From assembly GCF_018977255.1 (NCBI RefSeq), contig NW_024704743.1, positions 248,001 through 312,000 of the forward strand: DNA of 64,000 nt, given 5' to 3'. Source of the DNA: Callorhinchus milii. Its lineage: Eukaryota. The first letter of the stretch is position 1, and each line of letters opens with the position of its first letter. Made by a program: the position numbers and the translations under genes. Shown in pieces: positions 33,848 through 45,997 of the stretch. The notes beneath the pieces were generated by a model. That model made no database searches, had not been told where the DNA came from, and saw nothing but the letters and a program-made list of their open reading frames with translations.

Positions 33848-34045
33848 CTGGGAGGCTGGGAGCTGATGCTGGGCTGCAGTTTGCTGGGAAGGGTCCGACA
33901 AGGGGACTGAAGGCTGGGCTGTAGGCACCACGTTGGTGTGAGGAGCAGTCGCGGGGGCGTTCGCTGTGGGCTGAGGTAGCACTTGCTGCTGGACTTGGCC
34001 GCTTGGCTGTGGAGTTGGGACCGCCGTCTCCGTTGATACGATGAG
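33848..34045 (-). CDS. OXSR1: OXSR1 exon 13, P/Q/A/T-rich linker (LIVSTETAVPTPQ...HQLPASQ)
   Basis: 198 bp, ctcag acceptor and gtacac donor, phase 0-0, at the expected position between exons 12 and 14. Confidence 0.75.
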
Positions 34046-34209
34046 CTGAGAGCAGATTGGACACCAAAATAAACCCCATCGATTTTCAATCATAAATTAT
34101 CATAATAATAAGTTGTACACTGTATAAAAAAAGCTATGGGCTGCTCTTTAGTGTGTAGCTTCAGGTCATAGCTTGATGCTAGGGATGGTACGGAGGATAA
34201 GATCAAATG

Positions 34210-34470
34210 CCGCCCTGTAGCTCAGTGGTTAGAGCACTCGCCTCGCAAGCAGGAGGACCTGGGTTTGATTCCCGGGCAGGGCGAAACCTTAGGCAAGTTT
34301 CCTTACTCCACTGCCTGTTTCCTAGCAGTTGCCTAAGGTTTCGCCCTGCCCGGGAATCAAACCCAGGTCCTCCTGCTTGCGTGGCTGTTACGTCGATTGG
34401 CGGATTGCTTTCCGGGGGGGGGTAATAATCGCTTAAACAAAATAATAATTTGGCCACTCAAGCCAGGACC
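34210..34470 (+). mobile_element. tRNA-derived SINE with an internal 53-bp inverted duplication
   Basis: Intact head; 34244-34296 is the exact reverse complement of 34329-34381. Confidence 0.88.
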
Positions 34471-35633
34471 GTTTGTGGGACCGCCGGAGAGAGCAACTCC
34501 CTTCTCTGCGGGATCTTTAATGTCCGCCCGAACGGGTAGCCGGTTTAACATCTCATCGAAAGCGTGGCCAGGAGGGGGCGGTTGAAGTCAGGACGCTGGG
34601 GCCTTTAAAAAGCAGCTCAGTTTGATGGGAAGACGGAAGGGTGGACGTTGTAGAGCGATGCGATCAGAGAGAGCGAAGAACCTTCTTTACCCAAACAAAT
34701 CTTGTGATCCCAAACCCCTCTCGCGTTAAGGCCCATAGCCTGCAGTACGGTCAGCATCCTACAGGTGGCCCCACAGCATGCATTCAATTAACCCGGGTCT
34801 CTCACTCGCGAGGCGAGGGCTGTAATCATTAAAGCCACAAGACTCCGCAGGTTTAATACGTGGTGTGGTCCCTTTTTTTTTTAAAAAAAAATCTTACAGG
34901 GCCTTTGCAAATCATTAAAACGTCGCATAAATACAACTGCGCAAACTGGAAAATGATTCAATCAGCGGTGCGTTTCACGGCACAACCTATAAATTGCGTA
35001 ATTAAAAAAAAAAACGTCGTTAGTCACATCCAGGGCTGAGGAATTTCGCAAATCAAGGCGACTTGTTTAAACACAGCAGTTACGAGGAGCTGCAAAGTGA
35101 GTGGACACTGGACGTAAGATCCTGCATCAACAGCGAGGTGAAGAGGTCACAAAACACATTTAGAAAAGCCAAGATTGTTATCTGCAAAGATTTACATAGT
35201 GCAGTGTCCCACACCCAGATTCAGTGACCACATTTTTGTTTAAAAAGGGATTATTACCCCAGGAAAGCGACTGCGGAATGATAAACAATACTTTAGGATG
35301 TACCAAGACAACAGTATTTAGGTTTGAGTAGCAATGGGGGAGTTTCAAGACAGACACCACGTCAATGTTGACATCTCTAACAAGGCTGCACCCTCTCCAG
35401 TAAAATAGTTTGCGGCTTGGTCTATAAATTAAAGTCTGAAGCTTGACCCAGAGGCGAGAGTGCTACCCGTTGTGCCAGGTTGACACCTAGACTTGTGGCT
35501 TGAAACACAGAACGCTAAGGTAAGCGTCAGCACTTTGCTTACTTGTTTTTGGAAAAAAAAATCAAATTATTTTTAATAAAGTAATAAACTTGTATAAAGA
35601 AATTCAGCAAATCACCAGGAAATCCACGCTTAC

Positions 35634-35669
35634 CTCTGGGGCCTGCATTGACTCCTTCACTCTGGGGGA
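35634..35669 (-). CDS. OXSR1: OXSR1 exon 12 (SPRVKESMQAPE)
   Basis: 36 bp, pyrimidine tract plus cag acceptor, gtaagc donor. SPRVKES is conserved with OXSR1. Confidence 0.9.
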
Positions 35670-38600
35670 CTGGTGAGAAAGAGAGAGAATAAATCAATGG
35701 GACGTGTGGAAGTACCCGTTGCATCATTACACGGAGGTTCACAGACGCGGTTTATTGCGAGCATTCTCCTACCATTGGGTGTTCCTGAAGTGGTGACAAT
35801 GGCGTCAGGATAGAGAAGGCAGGCTGTAGGGGGAGTGCTCCAGCTATACAACAGCAAAAACTATACAACAACCAAGACCCACCTCTTCGACCGCGGTTTC
35901 GGCCACCCTCCTACCCCCAATCTCCCTGCCCTCCACCCCTCCTGATCCCAACCCCCAGCTCAGTCCAAATCCCTGAATGTCCAGGGTCTTGTAATCATAA
36001 TAGTAATCCTTGCATTTGATACGGCGCCTTATCACATCATTGAGGCGTCTCAAAGTGCTTCACGGGATATACTGTTAAGTGAATTGACTGTGTGTTTTAT
36101 GGGCGAAACGCGGCAGCCAATTGCGCCCAGTGTTCTGGAGCAATGGGATGGTGGCTTCTGGGCGACATAATCAGGGGGTGACGATTTGAAAATAATGACC
36201 TTGAATTCAGTCACTGCGGAGAGTTATGGAAGCAAACAGGAACCAAACCAAAGCTGTGCCCAGGGTAGGAACAAAAGCCATCCTGGGAGATAAGCTCCTC
36301 AGTGAAACCATTCGACTCCCGCGAAGCCAGCTGCTCAACTGATAGACTAAAGCCTGACGCACTGAGCTACGCGTCAATAGGTTTGAAAGACGAGCTCCAG
36401 CAGTGCGCCCCAGCTGTGTTTGGATGGGGCGGTAACCCACAATATGGAAGCTGTTACGAGCAGCTGCCCGGAACGCTGAGGCACGACACATGCGGGTCCA
36501 AGCAATCCTCAAATGTTTACGCAAACCCATTTGTTAAAGGAATAATAAATATTCTGAAGAAAGGCTCACATTACCCACCCATAACATTTCGGGTCCATTT
36601 CATCAGAACTCAATCCACAGCTGTTTGTGGGGGACGCTGCTGTGCGCAATTGGCTGCCACGTTTTGCCCACAAAATGTATACAGTCAATTCACTTTACAG
36701 TACATTATTTGAAGCCCTTTGAGACGTCTCGAAGAAACAATAAGGCGCCATATCAAATGCAAGGATTATCATTATTGTGAGCTTCTTTCCAATGAGCTGG
36801 TAATGGCAATGCTGAGGCCAGCACTGGGACATGCAGTTCACTGCGTTGATCTCCAGTCTGGAACCCTGCATTTGGCTTCAACGCAATGGAAAGAAAATGA
36901 GGGGAGGGGAGAGAGAGAAACTACCTGCAAACTTGCCTCGCAAGCCCCCAAGCTTATCTTCCAAGGCTTGCCTTGAGGTGACCACTGCCCAACAGTACAA
37001 TTCTCATGCTATAGAATAATGATCCTTGCATTTGATATAGCACCTTATCCCGTCATTGAATCGCCTCAAAGCCCTTCACCGAAACTAAAATACAGCCACT
37101 GTCACTACTAATAGATTAACTATACAGAGGTGTCATTACTTATATCAGACAATAAAGAGGATCAGTATGGCTGCACTTGTGCAAGTCTCCACCATTTTTC
37201 TTGTGGTGACTAAAGCCAAACACGCATTTAGGCTTGGGGTGTGGTCTATTAAATGAATAATCAGTACAAAGCCACAGGAAGCCCGGCCCTGGCCTCCAGC
37301 TCTTTAAGACTTAGCTTCATGAAAATGAGTGAGAGGATCTTAAAATCGATCCGATCGATAATTGGGAGCTAGTGGGGCCTGGCAAGGACTGGTGTGAACG
37401 CGGCAGTCAATCTGCGCACAGCAATGTTCCGCAAAAGTAGCAATAATGCGAGTGCCTTGGCTCTTTTTGAATAGTGCCTTGGAATCTCTAAGGGTCACCT
37501 GAACAGGCACCCGGGACTTTCGTTCAACATTTTGCACTGTCAGTGTACACTGAGCTCAAAGTCCCGACGTGAAGCTTGAACTCACAACCTTCTGACTCAA
37601 GAGGTGAGCGCACTCCCAACTGAGCCAGGCTGACACACATTCAAACTTTCAAGACTGAGATGGATAGATGTTTGTTAGGTCTGGATATTGAGGGAAATGC
37701 GGCAAAGGCGGGTATTTGAAATTGAGCTATAATACAATGCAAAATTACATTTGTATAGCGCCTTTTACGTCGGGAGGACATCCCTGGATGCTGGGTTCAC
37801 ATCAGCCATGATCTAATAGAGTGGTAGAACAGGCTCGAGGGGCTGAATGACACCCCCCCTGTTCCTATAGCCATTCTGGGCCAAGTCTTGGAGAGATACC
37901 AAACGACTGCATCAAAGTTAAAGGAAAAGCAGCAAGCTGTGATGCCATGAAGGGGTGGCGGGGGGGGGGGGGGGGGGGGGGGGGGGGGAAGCAAGCAGCT
38001 GCTCTATATCAGAGAAAGATGGAGGGAAACTGATTTTTTTTCCTTATGTAGAGCAAAGGGTAAAAGAAAATTAAAAGCAGCTGCTGCAGGAACGAGCTGC
38101 AGTGTGCAACACCTCCTTTTCACCCAGCAATCGCAGCTGTGATCACTGTAATAATGATTATCCTTACATTTGATATAGTGCCGCATCGCGTCGTCAAGAC
38201 ATCTCAAAACGCTTCACAGAATATAACTGCAAAGTGTAGTGACTGTGTATTCTGTGGGCAAAACGTGGCAGCCAATTTGCCCGCAGCAGCGTCCCGCAAA
38301 TGGTTGTGGGTTGAGCGACGTGGGGGCTTGCACCCGCCAACGTCTGACTCAGAGGCAAGCGTGCTACCACCGTGTCAGGGCTGACGCACCCTATCACCAT
38401 GTAAAAAGCAGTTTGTGTAGTTGACCACGTTACCTGAGCCCTGACGTTTCGCAGGGACCAAGCCTCAAGAGCATTGCTATTCAAATTTTAATATTTTGAA
38501 AAATTCGCAGATTCGGGCTTAAAGTAATGATAATAACACTTGATATGGCGCTTTTCACATCTTCGAGACGTCTCAAAGTGCTTCACAGAATATGCTGTGA

Positions 38601-39246
38601 AGTTAATTGACTGTATATTTGTGGGCGAAACGCGGCAGCCAATTGCGCACAGCAGCGTCCCCACAGTCGGGGATCGAAATGACCAATTTATTATTGTTTT
38701 TTTGAGGGATTATTATCAGACGTGTGGAGTAAGGAAACTTGCCCAAGGTTTCACCCTGCCGGGAATTGAGCCCAGGTCTTTTGCTAGCGGACGATCATTA
38801 CTATTGGAAAGAGTGTGCTTTTTCTCTTGCGGTTCTCAATAAAACAAGTGACATTTTACACAGCGCCTTTCACTGCAAGTGGACTTCCCAAGGCGCTAGA
38901 CAGTTAGGGATTCGGACCCCAGCAGGGGTTTGGGATCAGGAGGGGCGGGGTGGGGGGGCTTTTGGATTAAGACGGGTCGTGCACACTGTTAAAAACAATG
39001 GTCTCCAGGCTAAAGAGCATGAGGCCACGAGAGCCAGGAAGTTAGAATTCCAGAGCTCCAATAATAACCTCTAAACAAAACATACCCTGTCATTTGGGTG
39101 GCGTGAGAGGAGAGCTACACAATCTGTACACTTAACGTGGAGCACGGGAACATAACAGCATCTGTGATATGCATTCAGAGTTCTCTTCTCCTCTCCAGGG
39201 ACGTATTCCAGGCGATGTAGAGGAAGCATGCTTCCCGTGGACTTAC

Positions 39247-39369
39247 CCGTAGCTGAGACACTGCAGCCTTCCCTTCTTCGCTCTCTTCATCCAGCTCATC
39301 GTCGCTCCACTCCCAGCCGCCATCTTCTGTCTTGTGCAGTCGGCCACTGGAGCCTGGCACACGTCTCAC
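39247..39369 (-). CDS. OXSR1: OXSR1 exon 11 ([41 protein letters not shown])
   Basis: 123 bp, WEWS S-motif. [10 protein letters not shown] and SQLR are OXSR1-type rather than STK39-type residues as recalled. Confidence 0.96.
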
Positions 39370-40068
39370 CTGCAACACAAACAACAATGTTCAGAGGAAG
39401 ATTGAGCCCTCAAGATATCTTTGCATCTCACAGTATCTATCCTCCATCCTTCAACTCCATCCAGTAGTTTGAGGTTAATAATCCCTTTAAAAAATATATA
39501 TATAATTGGTCACTTCAATCCACGACTGTTTGTGGGGACGCTGCTGTCCGCAATTGTCTGCCGTGTTTCGCCCACAAAATATACAGTCAATTCACTTTAC
39601 AGTACATTCTGTGAAGCGCTTTGAGACGTCGTGAAGACGTGATAAGGTGAGAAGAAAAGACCAGTGTGTATTTTTGTGGGCGAAACGTGTCAGCCAATTG
39701 CGCACGGCAGTATCCTACAAACAGTCGTGGATTGAGTGACCAAATTATTATTTTTGGTCTTCAGGGAAATGGGAATAGAATAGATTCATTGGAGGAGCAA
39801 ACATCACTAAACCCAAAGGCCTCAAGCGGTGACTAAAGTGAATGCTACCCTGTGTGAAGGGCATTATATAAATGCAAGGTGTTGTTGAAATCCACCCACA
39901 GTCAAACAGCCTACAGACACTTGCGGTCTGCGTTCACACTGAGTGACGACTTGGTAAAAAGTACCAATCCCAAAGAACTCGAGTCCCACTATGGCAGAAT
40001 AGTGGGAAAGTTTCACACACCGCAATGTTATCTTCGATACAAAACACACGCAAACATTTCAGCATTAC

Positions 40069-40134
40069 CTTTTTTGACCTCTCAGCTATCGTAGGTGCTC
40101 GGGTTAGTAATTTTTCTTCAAGGTATTCCTTGTT
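40069..40134 (-). CDS. OXSR1: OXSR1 exon 10 (NKEYLEEKLLTRAPTIAERSKK)
   Basis: 66 bp, AG/GT boundaries, phase 0-0. Confidence 0.93.
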
Positions 40135-40602
40135 CTAGAATTTATTTCAAAACAAAAAGAGAAACGTGTTAATAGAGACTTTCACATTCCAAGCTCTCAA
40201 TCACTAAACTCTCCTTCCCACTTCAACCTCTGAGTTGTGGGGGGAGGAGAGGGGAGAAGAAAAAGAGAGGGCTTGAGAGTCTCATCGAATGAGCCATACA
40301 GACAATTATTAGCTCCGGAATGCTTCCTGATTTCACACCTAAGTGGCCTAGCTCTGATTTTAGCATTATGAAAACAGGATTATTATTACACACACATATT
40401 TCCTCTCCAGTGATATTGAGTTACTGTATAGGATTTGACGCACTGCTTTCTACCATAGGTGTACGACCAGGAGATTGTTCAAATTTTCAGAACGTAACGC
40501 ACTAACTTATCGCACAACAATAACAATAGCAAAATTACATTTGTATAGCGCCTTTCACCTCAGGAGGACACACACACACACACAGAGAAGAATACAGCTT
40601 AC

Positions 40603-40651
40603 CTTTGCTTTTTGAAAAAACTTGTGTTTTAATAGCTCAGCTGCTGTAGGC
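40603..40651 (-). CDS. OXSR1: OXSR1 exon 9 (PTAAELLKHKFFQKAK)
   Basis: 49 bp, AG/GT boundaries, end of kinase domain. Confidence 0.94.
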
Positions 40652-43329
40652 CTGAAAAAGCAAACACAAAAAGTGAGAACTCGGGAATGAAACGGCAGCC
40701 TGGGGAAACGAGGTCCACTTGCAACATCACATCAATGTGCAATGTGAATTACCATTCAACCAGTTTGATCTCACATAAAGGGTAGTGGAAATCTGGAACT
40801 CTCTCTCCCACAAAAAAGGCTGTGGATGCTGGGTCCACTCACATTTTCAAGACTTAGGTGGATAGATTTCGGTTAGGTCAGGGTATGAATATGGAGCAAA
40901 GGCAGGTAACTGGAGTTAAGGTATAGATCAGCCATGTTCTAATAGAATGGCGGAACAAGCTCAAGGGTCTGAATTAGTTACTCACTATGTTCTATCTTTT
41001 GAATCCCTACCCTACCATCATTTAGCATTAACTACATCCCCATTCAGCTTGTCCCTCTCCTCTGAAATTCTATACTTTCTTCTTACACGGAGTATACACG
41101 CTTGCATGGACTGGCCAAATTGTTAATTTCCTTGCAATAGCACTCTATGTTGTAGCTTTCAACAACAACTAATTACATTTACACAACGCCTTCCACCTCG
41201 GGAGGACGTCCAGAATTTGGACCCCAGCTGGGGGTTATAATCAGGAGGGGTGGAGGGCAGGGAGGGTGGGGGTAGGAGGGTAGCCAAAGGCATGGTCGAA
41301 GAGGAAGGTCTTGAGTGTGCTTTGAAAGAGGCAAAGGAGGGCGTGAGGCAAAGGCACTGAGGGATAGGGTTTCAAAGAGTGGGGGGCAGAGAAGCTAAAG
41401 GCCCGAACGCCAATGGTAGGACAGGCTGGGCGGGGATGTGGAGAAGGCCAGGGTTTGCTGAGTGGAGGGAGCGGACAGGTTGATAAGGAGTTAACCTGAA
41501 TCCACACAGCTGATACTCGTGCAAACAAAGCTCCTGATTATCTAGTTTAACTAAGGTGTCCTTGCTCCACATATACGCCTCAATCACCTGGCAAGTAGGA
41601 ACCCGTTTGTTGATTGGCGGATCACTTTTCATTTCCAAAAAAATAATAATTTGGACTGTTTGTGGGACACTGCTGTGTGCAATTGGCTGCCGTGTTTCGC
41701 CCACATAATATACAGGCAATTCACTTTACAGTATATTCTGTGAAGCGCCTTTGAGAGTTCTTGAATACGCGATAGGGCGCGCAATCAAATGCAAGGATTA
41801 TTATTATTATTATTAATGAAGTGCAAAGCCTCCTGCAGTATAAAACACTCAAGTCATCCATGGCTGCTAGAAAATGCTGAGGTTATTTTCTGATGTGTTA
41901 AAGCAGTTAAACTAGACAACCTGTTGAGGTAGACTCAACTGAGATGTTTAAAAGCGAGCGCCAACACATAGTCTTCCATTTGCAACTGTTCAGGCTGACT
42001 TTAAAAGAGATGGTACTACTTAAAATAGAAGGGAGTCGCTGCACTTTACAGTAAATCCTGTGAAGCGCTTTGAGACGTCCTGAGACTGGACCTCCGTTTA
42101 ACGTCTCAACCGAAGGACAGTGACTCCAGCGAAGCAGCGTACTCCACTCCACGTAATACACTATAACCAGACTCGTCCAACTGGCCGCCTGGGGCCTCCG
42201 ACCACGCCCGGCCCGGAGCCCCGACCTCGCTCGGCTCAGGGCCCCGACCTCACCCGGCCAAGGGACCATTCCCAACATCATTGTCCGATGAGCAAATGCA
42301 GGCGATGTTCGGCAACGGGACTGGCCAATCAGGATAAAATATTGCTTGTGGGACCCCCTGGACCTTTCTTAAATCCGGCATCTGGCCCTCAGCAGCCAAA
42401 GGGTGCGACTAACCTGAACTTACACCATTTATCGGAATGTCCGCTCCAACGCAAAACAACTCTGTGCAGCTCAGAGGGATTGAGCTCAGTGCCTGCCCGG
42501 CTGCAGAGAACGTAAGAACATAAGAATTTGCTGGGCAAAACTGGACCAAGGTCCGTCTATTCGCCTTTCACCGTCCTGACAGTCGCTTGACATGTCGTGT
42601 CCCGAGCTATGCAGTTGCCCCATATATTATTTTCCAGCAGACACATGTCTAATTTGTTCTTGAAACAAATGACATTTCTGCCTTCACCGTGGGTCTCCCT
42701 AGGGAGCCGGCCCCATCGGTTTACTACAACAGCAACAACTTGCATTTATTCCGCGCCCCTTCGAACGAGGTAGCATCCTGGGCTCGCTGACGGAAGCAGT
42801 TTAGAGAGCTACGCTTCCCAGCACGAAGAAAGCAGCGAGCAGCTATTGATCGCAAGCAAACAGGAGGGAAACAGTCTGCGAAATGAACTTGGAAAGAGCA
42901 CAATGCCTTGGGTTGTTAAATGAACAAAGCACAGGCAGAGGTGGAACGAAGTCGCAGTCCCTGGGCACGGCTGGTAGTTTCACTGCCCACACTGAGCGTC
43001 ACATTTCACAAAGGCAGAATGGCGAGTGGGCGCTGGTTCCAGAACTCACGACGACGGTTTAATTAACTCTCAGGGCAGCCCATTGTACTACCCGCGGATA
43101 CTATTTCCTGTTCAATAATAAAAGAAATCATTTCATAAAGCTCCTCCCCAAAATAAACAAAAAGCGTTCAGAATGTACAGTGCACTTCAGGTTTTGAAGC
43201 ACTCAATAATAATAATCCTCGGATTTGATTGCACATCACGTCGTTGAGACGTCTCGAATTGCTCAGAATATATTGTAAAGTGAATTAACTGTACATTTCA
43301 TGGTTGAAATGCGGCAGCCAATTGCGCAC

Positions 43330-43685
43330 CGCAACAACAACTTGTACTTATATAGCGCCCTCCACACAGGGTAGTGTCTCAGAGCGCTTAACAGTGGTAC
43401 AGCCTGACTCAAAGCCGCGGGGAGGTGGCCATAAGCGCGGTCGAGGAGGAAAGTTTTCAGGCAGCACTTGAAAGAGGGGAGGGGGCCAGGCGGAGGGATT
43501 GAGGGAGTGTTTTCCAGAGTTTTGGGGCGTAGTGGCTGAAAGGGCATCCTCCGATGGTGGGGCGGTGGGTGCGAGGGACGAGCAGGAGGCTGGTGCCAGT
43601 CGAGCGGAGGCGCCAGGTGGTGGATTGGGAAGTGAGGAGGTCAGAGAGGTAGGGAGATGACAGGGAGTGAATGGATTTGAAACGT
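43330..43685 (-). mobile_element. L2-like LINE 3' end inserted into a SINE
   Basis: IHSLSSPYLSDLL...LRSTGTSLLLVPR...APKLW ORF2 C-terminus and (TTG)n tail. SINE halves lie on both sides. Confidence 0.8.
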
Positions 43686-44312
43686 CCCACAGTGGTGGAT
43701 GAGCAAATTATTTATTTCTTTATTTCTGGAAGGATTATTACCCCCGAAAAGCGATCTGACTGTCAATCGACTACCAACCAGGTTCCTACTTACTGTTTGG
43801 TAAACAGGTACGTGGAGGAAGGAAATTTGCAGAATGTTTCATTCTGCCGAGCAATTGAACATGGGTCCCCTACGCTACCAGATGACTGAAACGGAAAAGG
43901 TCCTTCAGCCCATTTGATCTCCTCATTCCAGAACACCCACTCTGTGTTTTAATACGAGTCCTAGCCTCCCAGACGCACAGGAAGATCTGCTCTTTGAAAA
44001 TAACTTGCACTATGGAACACCTTTCACACAGCACAAAGTTCTTTGCAGACAAGGCGTGAAGGTCAGAGGATTAGGCCCAATCAAAGAGATCTTCAGACTA
44101 TAACAAATTACATTTGTACAGCACCCTTCACGTTGGGAGGACGTCCCTAGTCCCTGGACAGTCAGGGATTTGGACCCGAGCCGGGATGAGGAAAGGGTGG
44201 ACGGCAGGAAGAGTGGGGATACGAGGTTGACCTAAGGCGTAGGTTAGAAACATTCTAAAAGAGGGAGGGAGTTAGTTGGAGGGATTTCGGGAGTGTCCCT
44301 GAGAGCTCTTAC

Positions 44313-44446
44313 CTTTTCTCCGGGTCTTTCTGTAGACATTGTGAAACCATCTTCCTAAAAGACTTGCCGTATCTTTTAACCATTTCCTTGTCTTGCACAC
44401 CGGTCTCTAGTGACGGAGGGTCATTCTGAAGTGTTAACATCAAAAC
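44313..44446 (-). CDS. OXSR1: OXSR1 exon 8 ([45 protein letters not shown])
   Basis: 134 bp, AG/GT boundaries, in frame. Confidence 0.95.
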
Positions 44447-44975
44447 CTGAGAAGCAAGAGGAGAACATTACACAGAGAACAGAGTTCTTACAGGGCCAAT
44501 AAAACCTTGAAGGGCTTCACAGGTAATTAATGTCAAGTGTAGCGACTACTTTTAAATTTTATTCACAGATTTGGCAACCATTTTGCGTAAACAAACCACA
44601 AAATGGCTAATTAGCAAACCAAAATGATGCATGACTGATTGGTTTGGAGGACTTGTAATTTGTGGAAAAGTTCTCCTCAAAACAACACCTGGAGCAGAAT
44701 CAGTAATGACTTTTGAAAGGTCTCGGGAAAAATAGAACCAGAGAAACTTACAGCACAGAAGGATGCCATTCGGCCCATCGTGTCTGTGCCAGCTCCCTCA
44801 AGAGCAAATCTTTCAATCCCACTGCCATTTCCCCGTACCTCTGTAGCTGACTCTTAAGATATCTGTCTAGTTCCCTCTTAAAGGCCAATACCGTTTCTGC
44901 CTCAACCACTGGTCCCAGTAGGGAGTCCCAACTACTCTGTGCGTGAAAACATTTCTCCTAATCTCCCTATTTTCA

Positions 44976-45170
44976 GGGATGAGGGACTTTAGTTATGTGG
45001 AGAGACTAGAGAAGCTGGGATTGCTCTCCTTAGAGCAGAGAATGTTGAGGGGAGATTTGATAGAGGTGTTCAAAATTATGATTTGATAGGATAGATAAGG
45101 AGAAACTGTTTCCCCTTGTGGGTGGGTCAGTAATTTAAGAATTAGATTTAATGGGACATAGATTTAAGAA
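44976..45170 (+). mobile_element. CR1-clade LINE ORF2 C-terminal fragment
   Basis: Translates as GMRDFSYVERLEKLGLLSLEQRMLRGDLIEVFKIM. Confidence 0.85.
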
Positions 45171-45473
45171 AATTCGTACATTTGGTCTCTATTTGGTCCA
45201 AATTTAAGAAGTTTCCCCAATTCTGTCCTATCTTATGTTTCTGAAAACTTAAAACGAGGTGGAATTTCAAGCTTCAGATTGTGCACTTTTCAACGTATAC
45301 TTTCCCTCAATCCCTCCGCCTTGCCGTGAAGACCTTCCTCTTTGGCTGTGGCTACACTCACCTCCCCCTCCCCCCAGCCCGGTTGCCGTGTAAATGCAAA
45401 TTGTTGCTGTTGTCTATAATCCCAGTCTCCAAATCCCAAACGACAGTGTCTGTGGTGGCAGTGGTAGTGGTAC

Positions 45474-45575
45474 CTTCATAGGCGGGTACTTGTGATAAGG
45501 AGCTGCTCCTGTAGCCAGTTCAATGGCTGTGATGCCAAAACTCCAAATGTCTGCCTTGAAATCATATCCCCTAAC
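45474..45575 (-). CDS. OXSR1: OXSR1 exon 7 ([34 protein letters not shown])
   Basis: 102 bp, AG/GT boundaries, kinase subdomain IX. Confidence 0.96.
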
Positions 45576-45817
45576 CTGCGAAGACAACACAAGACAAACC
45601 TGAGCACGGGATTACATTTATTTTTACTGCAGCCGATAAGATTATTATTACGATGTCAAATTGTATTCTGTAAACTTGCCCAGGTATCAAGTTAGCGTAA
45701 TCTAATCAGTCGCAGAATACGAGGTTGGAAAGCGATCTGCCAATCAACAAACAACCGATTTCCTACTTACTATTAGGTAAATAAAATAAGACTCCAGATA
45801 GGAGAGATCATCATTCA

Positions 45818-45997
<180 letters not shown>

